Part shown: piece by piece, positions 1-15,100 of the stretch
How positions within the stretch are numbered: the stretch's first letter is position 1
Layout of the letters: each line of letters begins with the position of its first letter
From: Catajapyx aquilonaris
Taxonomy: Eukaryota
NCBI GenBank assembly: GCA_000934665.2
Contig: JYFJ02001950.1
Span: 1-64,000 of the forward strand
Length of the DNA: 64,000 bases
Direction: 5' to 3'
The notes under the pieces: generated by a model
What the model saw: the letters and a program-made list of their open reading frames with translations, nothing else
Told to the model about the DNA's origin: nothing
The model's database searches: none
Made by a program: the position numbers and the translations under genes

Positions 1-98
1 ACGAAAATTATCGATGTCGGCTATCTTGAAAGACAAGGGCCGACGGTGCAGTTTCCGTTCCCGATAGCAGCAGACCAATCGAAAGAAAGGATTGCGCC

Positions 99-130
99 GA
101 AGAGAGAGAGAGAGGAAAAAAAGAGAGAGA
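99..130. repeat. Interrupted (GA)n microsatellite
   Basis: agagagagagagagaggaaaaaaagagagaga. Confidence 0.8.
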
Positions 131-3100
131 ACTGTGGTAGAAACTTCAATTTATCAGCCCCACTTTGATGGATTCAGTTTGTCTGCGAAGGCAACGTAAT
201 TGAAGCAACGCGTTACTTCATGGTATCGCAACATTTTCGATTCGCAATAGTAGGTCAAAGTTGGTTGCCAATAAAATACTGCCACTTTTACTCGCAACAA
301 TTGAGTGACGAATAGGTTTTTATAATCGAACTCAAAAAATGACTTATACTGACAATTCAGCTTCCTATATGGGAAAAAAGTGCAACTTCCATCTTGAAGG
401 GTTGTCTCAAGTTGAATTTCACAATCCAGTTAGTTTTTAGCAACTTCTCTGAGACAGCATTCATCCCTGTCCTCCTAAGAGCCACGATCGAATCCAAGCT
501 TGTTAAGTCCCCTCCTAGAGTGTCCGAAAAAAAAATGGCGGCCAGGTTTTACAATCGACCCGTAGTGACCTCGCCAATTTGCCTTCTGGTCAGCTCCAAA
601 GGCCTACAGAAGAGATTCTCAACGGACCGTTTCAGAGAGGGACAGACTCCATCCCTGGGCATTATCAGAAAGTCTGCTGCTTCCAATTCATAATTAACTG
701 CCAGAGTAAAAGGAGGGAAGGATGGGTTTTTCCTTCTACTATCTGCGAATAATTCGCCGGCTCTTCCACCTAGATATCGGCAAATTGATTGCGGGCCAGG
801 TTCTCTCCGGGGAACCGGACCTGCCTCCATATACCACCTCGGCGGATGCTGAAGCTGCCAAGGAAATCTCATTGCTGATGCTAGCAAGGGAGGTGGGGGA
901 TCCCCCAGCTAGAAAACCGCAATCTCTCGGATGGGTCAAAGCAAGAGGAGGGGAAGGTTGTGTGCAGAGTGACCTCTGGTGAAACGTGCAGCTTGGAAGG
1001 AGCGATAAGCAGTGGGTACATTAACACGTCGTGTCCACTGTCAAGGGACGGAGTGAATTGCCAACAGGGGCTGGGAGGATAAAATGGTTTTCTACCCATG
1101 GCAGATGAGGAATGGAGTGTCCATTAAAGGAACAAAAGGGTTAGTCTGACCGGGAGAAAGACAAGGACTTTTTTTCTGTGGAGAAGAGACAAAGCTAGAT
1201 CTCTTTTGGACGGCCAATCCACTCTGTTTGAAATCCCGAATGGGAATAAATGTCTTCGGCTGTTGAAATTCGCTCCAGGGGCATGCATTTATGGGAGATT
1301 TCAGTTGCAAGTGGCTTGCCAGGACGCATTAAAACGTCGTGTTCAATCATAACAAAAATGGGTCGTTTATTTCCGGAGCAATATTCTTTCAAATATAAAT
1401 CGTTTTTATATACAGGATTGTCTAAACTAGTTTATCAAATAGTAAGTGAGATGCAGCGTCCCCGTACTCAAAATAATTGATTAAAAAATCGCATTGCACG
1501 CACAGAAGTGCACGCATCAACTGACAATCTAGAACATGCCATATTAATAATCTACGAGGCTTGGCAACCTGGCAGGATCGAAGCGCCATCAGCTTAACTA
1601 GAGTCTCTATCATCCCGTTCTGTTGATTAGTTGACTAACCCTGTGTAGACATTGCCAATTACGTGTCATTCGGCCAGACCTAATTCAGCGTGGAATATGC
1701 AATGTATCTCAGTCTACGTTTAAACATGTCGTGAGATCAAAATGTTAAGACACAGTGTACATTCCTTGAACCAATAAAACAAGAGGCAATTGGCTACCTA
1801 TGGAGAAAGGGTCTTCCAGACGCAACGGAGATGATAATGCGCGGCTTGTTAAGGGCGCCGAATAAAACCGCTAATGGTGAAAGAGGCCTTTCTTGGGCTC
1901 CCCAACCTAAGGGCTCGTAAGCTTTAATTGGGAGCCATTATCAGCTTGGGAAGATTACATACAACCTTGAAGATAGTGAATCGAATAGGGCATCCCGGAG
2001 CTTCCCAGTTTCAAAGACTGAGTTTCCGGCTGAGTTTACCAACCGGACATATTTTATCTTCGGCCCTTTGGATGAGGTTGCTCGGGGCGAACCGCTGGAC
2101 TTTGCCAATTTTCAGAGGAATTTGTAGGCAAATAGAGCTGCGGTTCGTTCCTTTTTAGGAATGCATGGATGCGTTTGCGAATTGATATTTCATGTTAGAA
2201 AATATTTTTTTGCCTGAAGGAACAATCTCGTACAAATCCACAAAGAATGCATCGTATATGTTACGTATGTGCGGAATATATACCACTAATTGACGTTGCA
2301 GAGAGACTGTGGATTTGCAATCCAACTGACATTGTGCGAATCACGCCCGACTGATTGACATACCCCTTTGGCGTATGGCAAAAATTGGGGCCAAAGGCAG
2401 CTATCCAAATGACGATTGAAGTCTGCATCACAATAGATCAGAGCCTCATTTTCACTTTTTTTTATCTACTGTAGATGCTATTATCAGACGTGGATATGAA
2501 TGTTAAATTATGCCCATTTCGAGCCTTTGCTGTGGTTTCCATTTCGTCTTTGGCATGTGGCAGACTGTACATGGGGTAACCTCGACACATGGGCTACACT
2601 GTACGAAGAGTCAAAAGAATCCGCTTTGCACTGAAATAATAAAAGGTACAGAGTCTACATCCGACAGTAAGTCCGGTTCGTGGCCCATTGTTTTAAAAAA
2701 ACCGCACTCGGGACAAGAGTTTTGCATTATGTGGCCTAACACTGTATGACTGCAATAGTTCCACAATGTGTGCCTAATGCAATACCATGCCTTTGGCCGA
2801 GGGGAGGGGAAGAGTGCCCGGGTTGGGGCTGACAATACAGCGTGGTTACTATTGTACTGGCCAGGTGTGGTGGCGTGTTATTATGCCCACATAATAATGG
2901 GCCGTGTATTATCCGCCCACATTAGGCTTACGCACCGCACATTGTAATATGTACTTGGTATTGCTACTTGTAAACCAGGAAAACGAGGTGCAAAAAGATC
3001 ATCAGCATGATGCCCACATTTTGTATACATACTGTTGCTCGAGTGTGGGAGTTGCTTCCGAATATACTGTATAAGTTACTGCATGATAATATTTTGAGGA

Positions 3101-6100
3101 ATGTAATTATTGCCAGCCTAAATATTGCATTTGCATTATTGCAGGAATTATGCATTGCAGCACATTTTTCCACGACATTTTTTCCAGTCATATGCTCTAT
3201 GTAGTGTGTAAGTAATTCAACAAGGCGTGAATTTACCAGCCTATAACTACTAAAATAATACTGTACATTGCTTTAATACACTGACGGTTATTTTACTAAA
3301 AATATTGAAAATTACATTAGTGCAAAAGACATCTACAGATTCAACAAACCCTGTATACAGTATACACCAGCAGGTAGGCAGTAAATATCCGGAACAAATC
3401 CTGAGACGAGGCCGCTTTCATCCTTCCAGAGCTTTGCAGGTTAGCGTAATGGTGTCGGATCGGTTAGGGATGAGCCCCGATGCGGAATAAAAATGGCGGC
3501 TCCCCATGTCTCCTGGCCCGCACCTAGGCTCCGTATTTATGGAGGAATCCTCGCCGATTTATTGGACGGCCCCCAGGGCGTGAAACTATGCCCCTCGATC
3601 AGTCAAAGTGCGGGGCTTTCCACTCGAGTCGGCACCGATGCCGTGTCGTATACGCTCCAAACGCACTGTTATACATTTCCTATTTTAAGTCAAGTTTTGG
3701 ATACAAAATGTCGGCGAGGTTTTGGCATTTCCTTCCTGTACACTTTAGTGGCGGACCCAATTTGCAAGATTACTCCTGATGGGCCCTATCCTCCAAATGG
3801 AAACTGCGTTGAAACTATCACACTCAGGAGATTCCGCCATACGTCTTAAACGTTGGCGGTCTTATGGCAGGCATTACCACAAACTTGGCACTTCATCATT
3901 CAGCGCGCGCAATCAGTAAACGTCGCGAAGGGATGCGTGTCGCCGCAGTCAAACGCTTCACAGCTGCACTGCGTTAAATGCTTAAAACGCTATCAAGTTT
4001 TATGATCAAGGCCTAGTTTAAAAGCTGAGCGCCATGAATAAGATGAGTGGTGATAAATAAATGCTATCCTTAAAATGTTGCATAAGAGCAAAAAGTTCGA
4101 TGGTAATTTTATAAACTCGCAATATTTTTTTAAAAATTACCCTGAATTATTTTTGTTTAATTTTTAATAATTTTTATGAACAAATGAATAACTAACACAA
4201 TAATTTACCAACGTGAATAATTTTCCGGAGGGAACTCGAAATACTCCACTCTTTTGAAACGAAGTAATCCGAAGCAGCAGCTGGGTAGCCTACTCATGTA
4301 GTTTTCGCCAAAAGTTTTCACATGTGCAACAATCATGTGGGAAAAAAATGTACTGGTTCCAACCCCCCAAAATTGAGTGTGAGTGCATCAGATGAATATA
4401 GTATTAACTGAAGCACGATGTAGACGTGCATTATCGGCTTATTCGCGTCGGTGTGCAACATGAATATTTAGTCCCATGGTGGGAAAAACCTGGCAGAATC
4501 CGATGCGAATTCGTGTCCTGTTTTTACCACGCCCCTCCCATTCCGCTATTTGGCGAATTTTTTTTTCTGTAATTTTTACCGCACGATCGCGGTTCAGGTG
4601 TAGCTGGAAGCGCGAGATCTACCTGCATAAGCATTTCGTTTTTTTGCAAAATACTGTGGATGTAACGATGTATAAGCGGTTTTCATCAGCATGTTCACCT
4701 GGCCAGAATGGGTCGCTCATTATGGACTATGTCCCCAGGAGGTGTTTTTTTAGAGGCGCTTTATATTTACAGAGGGGAAAAAAGGCTGCTTCCGACAGCC
4801 GGGTGTCTGGTATGCATAGAAATATTCAGAATGGCACCGCTGGACTTCCGACCACTCATAAGCCCTGTAGCGTACTTTCAGATTATTCTTCGGGACATGC
4901 ACGGTTTGTAATGACCTATGATTTTGAAAAGTGTGGTCTACTCTTTTAAAAATTGGGATGAATACAACCATAGAATAAGGCATCTAAAAACAACAGTTTC
5001 GCCTCTCTAGTGATTGTTGTAGCATTTGAACTACTTTGCGAACTACATATTGCGAAACATGTGGGCTTAATGTGGATTAACACGCACGTGTCAGAGATAG
5101 GCCGTGATACCCCAACCGCTACAAGAAGAGATTCAGTTTAATCCTGATGTGACCCTAAATTAAGTACAGAGTACACCTGGCCAACAATAGAGTTTTGTGC
5201 AAATATTTGCCTTCAACAATAATACCGACTGCTAAAGTTGTAGGTCACTAGTGCATTTAAGTTTAAAGGTGCGGGAGTATATGAAGAGGAATTTTATTGA
5301 TTAATCAACCGCTGCTGCATCAGGCTGGTATTGATAGGGGTGAATTGGTACAGTTGCATCGGTGTTTGCCAAGTTTCCAATGACGTCGCTTAGTGCTGTC
5401 ATTTGCGGCCCACGGGAGTGCTTGGGTCCGCAAAACTTTAGACCTGAATCCCAATTGCTGCTTTCTTCTGCACTGCTCCTAATCTTCGAGATAAAAAAAA
5501 AGAGAGGAAGTTCGATATGTTGAAGGAATGAGGGCGTGGTCGAAATTCCGCAGTTTGGATGCATAAAAAAACAGTTTTATTTCTAGATAAGGGCTTCCGT
5601 TTGTTTGCATTTAAATAATCGCATAGTTCTTATAGGTCGAGAATTCCGGAGATATTGCTCCAGATTCAAACAAATTATCTGAGATTCCGGGAAGAATTTT
5701 TATAGCTGAATTTTACTATTTTCAAATAATTTTATGCAATTTTGCTGGGACATTTTAAAGCATATCGACATGCTGGCTTGGTAGCCTTTAAATCATGAAT
5801 TATACCAGTGAGGTGATTTTAAATTTTTAAGATTGGATGAGATAACAAGCACTCCAGTGCACTGGGACCGAAAGTCTCCATTAGGAAGGCTGGAAATACA
5901 GTGCTCTTCTTTATTTATATCCTGCGGACGATCTCTTTCTAAATAGTAGTTCTTCTATTCAGGGTTCTGAAACTAGCTGATACTTTTTATAGGTCCTTAG
6001 TGATCGACAAAAGTTATGTACAGAAATGCGCATAATATCGATCACTGTAATTTTCCTAGCATCATTTCGGACATGATCCTTGTGTGGTTGTCACATAAGG

Positions 6101-9100
6101 ATCGATTGTTGACGAGGTAGTTATGGCTACACTACAGAGGCCTGTAATTTTGAGTTTGCGTATGACTAACTTTAACAGATAACGGGTACAAGCATTCTGA
6201 AAGTTTCTCAGGCCATCCCCAAGCGTCCTTGGACTCGTGTTTTAGATGAAGGCTTGCTTCTTACTTGGTCCAATAATTCCTACAAGTTAGTGGCGTAATT
6301 TATATTGAAATAAATGACGATACAAAGAGTAAAGTTATAATATGACCTCAATTTTGTTTGACGGGGAAGAACAATGCACTTTAGTGTCAATTGTAATGGC
6401 ACGCTTTGAAATATTTGCCATAGTTGTTTTAAAATTGTCTTCAGTACGCAAATGTTCATTAGGAGAGATATGCGTTGATCGTATCCCATAGTGGGTTAAA
6501 ATAATAATGCAGCAGTAGTTGTGATGTAATGAAGGCAGATAATGGCTGCCTTCTGACTGACTCTGAAAATCCTTAGTCTGCCATAGGTCTACATTCCAGG
6601 AGCATTCAGGCCTAAGTTTGCATACTGTAGGACAATAGCAGTTAGTCAAGAGCTGATTCTGTATGGCCTGCGTCTTAATTCATGTTTAATGCGAACTTAA
6701 TGGGAATGATTTTGTTTCTATGGTAGATTGCATTGAATCTGAGCGGGAACATTTCTACGTTGAAATCATCCAACGATGATGCAACTTCTGTAGCATAATA
6801 AGTTAATAACATGCCTATAGGAGACTGTGGATACCAAAGAGATCCTAAATATTCACCCGATGGTGTTACATGACCGAGTGCGTCCAATTTATTTTTAATT
6901 TACATTACGAGTCGACGATGTTTAAGGAAACCCTCATCCGTTGCGTAAGGATAATATTGGAAATAGACAATCGAAAAATAAATTGTCAGTTGGTTACATA
7001 AAAGCTTTTCCCACCAGCTGATGCCATATTTTAAAAATGTGACATTACACAGTAATGAAGTCTGTTGGAACATCCTTATTAATTTCAGCTCTTTGTACAA
7101 TAGTATAAAGTGCAAGTTTTTAAGTTAATATATTCTTCACGAATATTTTTGTTCAAAAGCCATAGTGCTGACAAAATAATTACTGTTAAAAACACACAAA
7201 CAGCATACTTACGCAAGCCCTGAGTGTAGACACTTAAGAAATGCATGTATTTTCTTTGATCACTTTTAATTCCCTTCAGATTTTCGCAAGACTTTTAAAT
7301 TAATTATGTAAGTGAATCATAAGCACTCCCAGTCATAGTAATATGATTAGTACTAGGCTACTGAAGGTAAGCCGCAGTTTCTTCAAAATGCCGTCAGCAA
7401 ACTTTTGCTGACTGCATTTGGCAGAAACAATATACATCACACGAAGTACAGTATTACTTAAAGATACAAACAAACTCATTAAATTGCATTACAGTAAACT
7501 AGAGGTAACTTTGCGTGGAAGTGTCATATTTTTGGTCTCTGCGGTAATTGCACGCCACCTTACAGAAAACTGCAACTCGACGAATATATATTTTTGTCAA
7601 ACATGTGTTCATGTAATACATCTCAATAAAGCAATTACAGTGAAGGTCGAACTTCAAAACTAGTTCACAACTGCATCGATACTGAATTAGCCGGAATTAA
7701 ACGCCAGTGTCCGTGGCGGCAAGCTTTTGATCCGCCAACGTAGGAATAATTTTATTAACGCCACGGAAATTACGCGCATTCGGTCCCCACAATGGACAAC
7801 CAGCCTCCATTGCTTTTCAAATCCGACTGTGAACCACCAGGGTGAACCTTGGTCACCAGAATTCCCATGGATCATTAACACCGTCATTTGAGCATGATCA
7901 TAGCCATGTTCATCCTGTTACTCACTGCGCCAGGGCAATAAACAGGCTGCAAGTTAGCTGTAATTTGGCACATCCAGTGTGGGAAAAAAACTATTCATAT
8001 CTACTGGTATTACTGTACAGAGGTGCAGTGGTGATATTTCATGAAACATTAGTCCACACTGTATAATGTGTATGAGAGGTCACCTTGGATATAACATGTC
8101 CTTCAAAAAAAAAAGTTTCACGACGTCCTTGTCCGTCATCATACAGAGTGAGAAACCATGTCTCACTCTGGTATGTCCGTACCCTCAGGCCATACCCAAC
8201 TTTTAGTAGCCTTTTTGCACACCCTTTCATCACCATTGTCCTCAAAAATTTCCATTCCTAATTTTTCTACCCCAGATGCTAACTAATAGCCGAAGGGCGA
8301 CATACTACTTTGTGTATAAATTTTCAAGTGCAATTCAAATCCTCGTTTTCGATGGTTGGAAAACGAGAGAGTTTCCACAGCCTCTCATCTCGGTCCAGAT
8401 CGTGCATCCTTGCAAAACGGCGGGTTTTCCTCTGGTGAGAAATGCGGGCCATAATTTCAGTCAGGGTTAAATGGCTCGTATTTTGCTGGCCCCAGCGATA
8501 AATTCTGTGGGAGGTAGAATGGCCCGCATGTCTTGTTCCTCCCCACTTTTTTTTAAGGGAGGAGGGAAGAGGAGGAGCTTCAATAAGCCCCGCTTCTTAA
8601 CGATAAATCGGACGAGGATCGAATGTGTCACGAAAAGGTGGGAAATGTGTGCCTAATACTATGTAAATAAGGTATTTATGGTGCCTGTCATACGAAAAGG
8701 GGGGGTCTAGCAAGCTGGATTTCTTGTTCAGGATTTGGATTTGGGAATATGGGGGAAATTCAGGGATTTTTGCAAGTGAACGGATGCGCCAACTATGTGA
8801 GAGATGTGGTACTACGTGAACAGCCAAGTATTAGAAACAATAGCCACTAAATTTGGTGAAACACGTTCTTTAAAACAAGAGTGTATGATTGTACGCCATT
8901 TTAAATAATTATAATATTAGTGAGTAAACGAAAGAATAGCTGGATGTGATAGAAATGATAGTTTCAGCGGAGCAAAATGGTCGTAATTCGTAATAAGGGA
9001 GGGTTAAAATTGGATTACTTGCAGCAGTGTGCGAATTCAGTGCTGAGAGTTACGCACCCAATATATGTCCACTCATCAGATTAGTAAGTTTAGCGATGAA

Positions 9101-12100
9101 ATCCGCAACCCGGAGGTTACAGTAAATCAGGATTTGCATTCCGGAGCCGGGAACAAACCCTTGGCAAATCCTATTTTTACGTGCCGGCAGTAACTTGGCC
9201 TGCAGAGATGTGAAAAAAATTACATAATCACGTGTAATCAGCAGTATTTTCGTAGGACTGGAAAGCGCACCAAAGTAAATGTTAGTTGGAAATGTGAAGT
9301 GCTGCACATCTTGGTCATGTCCTTAAGCGTATAACAGACACTGCGACACATCAGCATATTGCTGTAAGTGTCTAGACTCTAGAGTCTAGAAGCCTGTTTG
9401 TGCAACTACGCATATTATTGTCCGTAGCAATTAACAAAACGTATATTTCAGTGCACTTTGCATTATACCAATGCACACTGCATGAAACACTAATAACTAC
9501 GTACAGGACGTACATGCAGCCTGGCTTACCACTATGCAGGACTGCAGCTTTCTGATACTGCACACTCTCTAGAGTAATTGTTGCATATTTTTCCTTTGAA
9601 CCAGTGATATGGTTAGAAAAATATTGTTAATGGACTGAGTGCTGAGGTGTAGGACGTATCAAAGTTATTTCAGCGTAATTTTTCCAGGGGTTAAGTGCGT
9701 ACATATGTTGGGATAAGAGAAGCTTTTTAAAAGTTAATCCTCCATGTGAAACCTTGACATCTGTTGCACTATTATAAAATTACTCATACAATCATGTGTT
9801 ATGCATTATGTACAAGGTACTCCTCAACATGCGTGATATTATGTTTTATGCCCATGCTGAATGCTGTTAGCATATCTAACTTGGCACTGTCATGACCCAA
9901 TACGAGGTGAGTTTTGTGACAGCATTATAGGGTATGAACCCTGCTTTTTTGGTCAGGACACCGTTGAAGATAAGGCCCTGTAGTCCTATCATTGTATTGT
10001 AGTGTATGCCTGCTCCGTGTGTGAACCAAATTGCACGCTGTGGAATGCCGAGGACAATGTGCACCAGAACGAAATGTACAGATTATTGCACTCTGGGTGC
10101 CATTACCTCTCTGGGGAATAATATGGTCTGGCTGTGAGTGCAGTTGGAATCGAGTGCTAAACATGGCTGGAGGAAGGTTGCAGAGCTTTATAATTGTGTC
10201 ATTAATTTTATATGACTGTGACCTTTCTTACCTACGTCATGTAGATACCAAATAGACAAATTAAGTGTGTTATTGTGTACTGTGCAAAAATATTTAAAAT
10301 ACTTTGCAAGAACAGAATATTGTAACTGCTGTAATAAGTTGCTAATTCTACAGCTGTAACATTAGCAAGATTAGATTATAAAATGAAGATCTCTGGGGAA
10401 AGAGTCACATGCAAAGTAGGAACTTAAAAAGGCCTGTTCTTTAAAAAACTGTACACTACCCCCTCGGTATTACGGGATAAAAATCCGCCATTTTTTGGTC
10501 GCAAGGCACTGAATCCACTGCCGGGAATGTCACTCATTTGGAAGTTCCGGCATTACAGAAGTGTCTGGCCTGTTAAATTTCAAATTTTACCTCTGAAAAA
10601 ACATACAAAGCATGAGTGTGGCTCCAAACAATCCCGGTTCACCGCAGGGCATTGCATGAATGCAAAAATCTTGACAACCCCTCACAATGAACGCAGGTAA
10701 TGTTAGTTTTGAATATGCTTATGAATGATGTTCTATTTTAACTGCTATAATATTAGTGTGATGAGCTACTGTGACATGGTTTATTCCACTTCCACATGCA
10801 CTTAACCTAGTGCGTTTACGCATCGCGTCACAGGGTGGCAAAATATTACTCTTTTTGTAATACATTCATTCGATAAAATTGAGTTGAGCTTCTAATGGGT
10901 GCGTCTAAGAGCATAACATTGTTACTTCTAATTTTATCAGTCATAATATCCTGCGCTTAATTCGATATAAACGTGGAAGGTTCATGGCGTTCTTTTCGAT
11001 GCGCATACCTGTGGTACCCCTTCGTTGTTAAGTATTGAATATGTTCACATTATTCACATGTCCACTATTTGTTTGCACAAAGCTGCTTATTTTAATAGTT
11101 ACTTTGTATAGGCTTTATACACTACAGTAGGCCTAACACTTTTGATAACTGAAATGCCCAAAAAGTAACTGCTTACAAATGAGTAAAATTGCTTACTAAA
11201 ATTGATATCACAACAGGAAAACACTACATTGTGTTAGTAAGAAACCGTCGTATTTTTTATATAGTCGTAAAATTTCCTGGTGTCAGGGAGCAAGAGTCTT
11301 ATTATCCTCCGGTCTTTTCGAGATGAGCCAGCAGAAAGGAGTCGGGTTATCACCCTTTTTTATTATGATCACCTCATCTTCTTTATGAGTCGGCTGTCCA
11401 TCTCCACTAAATGAATTTAGGTGACGTGAGCTCAATCAAGGATTTTGGTATCGCCATGAAGGACACTTGAAGGGCGGAGGTTGTTACCTATTTACTAATT
11501 GTAATAATAATATTATTGCTAAACATACTGTGAAACTTAGAGTGCACTGTAACCTTTCTTACAGCTTGACGCCAACGCAGATTACCATTAGTAAATCAGA
11601 CGCCGTCTTACGAAATCTTTGTAATTAATGGTTGCTTCTTCCCCCCACACTTCTGAATTTAATAGTTTGAAAGCTAATGCTACTCGTCTATTAATTCTTT
11701 TCTCCATCCTTGCCTCAAAATTGCAACTGATACTTACTGAACCGAAATTGCACTCAAGCTTTTATAAGACCTTACAGTGTCATGTTATCATGTTTCGTTG
11801 TTAAAGCATCCTGTGAAACATTATCCCAGGTACTCAACCCAACCTATTGAGAGGCAAAGTATAGAAATGAATATTCGCATCTGAATAGCACTGGAGGCCA
11901 GGAAAGTGCTCCTTGCAATCTTCTTTCCTATATAATGAGGGTGCTTCGTTAATGGCCAATTTCTTTTCCGATTTCAATTAGCAGCAACTGCGGAGGTTCC
12001 TTCGAGTGCAAACCACACCAATAGAAAGTGCTCTTTTTTTGCTGTGGATTTCAGCTCCTTTTGTGCATATAAAATTCCCTCTTAAGTATCGGATTCACTT

Positions 12101-15100
12101 GAAGTAAGTTGTTTGTTCTCACTGCTTGTACTGTAATCATGGCTTCATAACATAAGTTTTTCAGGCGTACAGTACAACACTGCCATAGGACAACCTTATA
12201 TATCCATTTAACTGGAATTAAATTTTACTGGCGCAAATACTGTAGCAAGGACTATATGGCAAATTGTAATTAAAGTCCTTAGTAATTAAGAGGCCTTCTA
12301 ATGTTCTGCATTTTCTGTTACGAAATTGATTTTATAATACTCCGTGTCTACACGCCAGTTGGGACTTGACCATGAAAAGTCACTCGAATTTGAAGGAAAA
12401 CCGTCTGCCCGCGTGACACCGTGCTATGACGTGCCTGCACTTATCTGATAACGGTCCCCACTTTTTCTTGTTACCATGTCATCTGCAGTACTAAATCCCA
12501 AAAGTAAATTTTTGTGAAGAACCGTTATTTTCAAAAGGATATATTTCACTGGGGTGGGAAATATTGGAAAAAGCTGCAGATTCAATTGTTGGTGTCGGTT
12601 GGAGGCTACAACTGGCAGAGTTGTAATGAGAGGCTTAAAAATTTGCTTATATTGCAAGGTTCTAATATGTAAAAAAAAGCTATCCTGAATTTTGTTCTTG
12701 AACATTGAAAGGAGGAAATTGCCTAAAAGACAGCTTGACAGGTTGCCATCACTCAGGATTTGGATTTAACTACTTGATGGACATCTCAGGTATAACAACA
12801 TTAAAAATAATTACGACATTAATCCCCTTGATGTTCGACTGAAGTGAGTTGTAGCAGAATATCATCATTCGTTCGCCGATATATGCTTCTGATGTGAATG
12901 GTACTGATCGCATCTAAACAAAGGTATTAACTTCGTCGATATATGGCGAGCAGGATCAATATTTCAGTTTTGACGACAAAGCTTGGATTAATTTTTAAAA
13001 TCTGTTTTAATGGATGCACTTGCCAATTGTATTTTTCTATCAGTGAATGACACTGGATAGAGTGTTGGTAGGCCTACTCAAATTCCAGGAGTGATTCGAT
13101 TTAATTATTTTAATGGCATTTATTGAGCGCTCTTTGAAGCATAAGCACAGCTTACAGTGCATTGGTTTTAATAAGTATGGAATGCAGTTTATGACAAGCC
13201 ATTTGTTTTGCAAAACAGTATATTTCGACGGACCAAATTGTGGGTGCACAATAGGCCGAACAATTGTTTCGAGCTTGCTCTTCGACGCAATTCATCATCA
13301 TGGATCATGAACGTCAAATGTAACGTCCTGCTGATTAATAACTAAAATGAGTTTGAATTGCACGTAGAGAAGTTAAAATCTGCATCTTACTAGGTGCATT
13401 TGTAAGCCATTAAATCGTAAAGGATCATGTACGTTACGTTGACAAAATGTTTATAGGCTCAAAAATGCATGTAGTTGCAGCAGGTCATGAAATGATGTAA
13501 ATGTGTAGCTCACTCAGCTAATAATTGTTTAAAAATTTATCTAATGATATTGGCTATGCAAACAGTCAGAATTTCAGAAAGAAATTAAGCTCCAGTACAG
13601 CTTTCTAGAGTATACAGATGTTCGATTATGTTAGGTAAGGTTAGCACCTGTCCGAAACATTGTTTGACACACAGCACATCATGTATGCAAAATTGTGCAA
13701 ATTCGGCCAACTTCCACATCACATGACCCGAAACAGCCTTTTCCGGATATTCATTGTTGGCGCAACAATGAATATCCGGAAGAAGCTAATAAATGAGCAA
13801 ATGTGTAAGTGGGTAATATTCGTTCGGGGGGCAAAATGTGACTGGTAAGTCTTCACGAGGGCAGGATCCCATGATGTGAATTCCAGCAGTTCATCCGGGT
13901 CTGTTCCGGTCGAAACAGTTTGTGACGGATCAGAGCAGCAGCCGCTCTTTGAAACTTAGCGCTCATTAAAAGCCGGAGATCATTTAGAACCCGGGCCGTG
14001 CGAAATTTACGATAATTGTAGCCCGTCGTTGCAGATGGACATTATAAAAGGAAGTTATTATCAGTCGTTATTGTGCAGTCGGCCGTTAAGCAATTTAACG
14101 GAAGAGTGATAAGGCGACTTAATCGTCACTTGTACTATTTCCCTGATTGGCTTTACAAGGGACGTTTTCCAAGACAGTTGAGCCATTATCAGAGCTCCGC
14201 AGACTGCGACACATTTTTCCCTCAGACTCCGTTTTACCCCTTTGCGACAGTGATTGATACCTAACTAATCACTGTCCTCTCTTCTCCGCTGGACTTGCGG
14301 AATATTACTGCAGTAACTGTCCGGTGATATATTGCTGTAGCAACACAGCGTTGAAAGTATAATATTTATCCAGCGGGCTAATGAAATAAACGGGGCGAAC
14401 TAATTAAAATGATAGCAATAACGTTTCATGTGTGACTAAAATTGCTAAATGATGCATGCCCCTTCCGCAAATTATGCGTGCAGTTACTCTATTAGAACGC
14501 AATTCGAATAAATTTAAGGCGAGAAATGACAGCTGTGTAACCGGATTTTGACGTAATGATGCGCCTAATATTTTACTCCACTAGTCGGTTTGGACATTGA
14601 ATAGTTGTTAATTACTCGAAAATGTGGAGCATATGAGCACCAGCTGTATCACTTTTACTAGTGGTACAACGACTGTGTTTACTTAAAAGGCGCATTATGA
14701 ATGTGCATATTCAAAAAATATTAACCTTGAAACTTTGCATATGCACTCTAAACTTATGTGTATACACAATTTCTGCATAAATATTTGTCTGTGCAAGACG
14801 TGTTAAATTATGAACCCAAATGCATTTTAATACACACTTTGTATGTAAGAATTCACACCTGTTGCATTCAATTTTATGTATTTTTATGCTTATTTTCTGC
14901 ACGCATGTTGAGTATGGACATAACCTGCGTTTTGGTGCATAATTTTACTGGTGTAACAACGGGTACCAACTTTAGCTCATACGGTCAACACCACAAATGA
15001 TATCACATAAAAATTCCTCCAGAAAAATCCCCGTCTTATTGATTGTCCTTCAGTTAGTGAGTGGCGTTAATCGGGATCGAGCATCGACATCACGTGTGAC

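Noticed and set aside
530..3505. YY1-like AAAATGGCGG motifs (about 532 and 3489)
   Set aside because: A common motif in arthropod repeats, with no associated gene start identified.
4476..4949. 157-aa plus-strand ORF
   Set aside because: No recognisable domain; composition looks like translated non-coding DNA.
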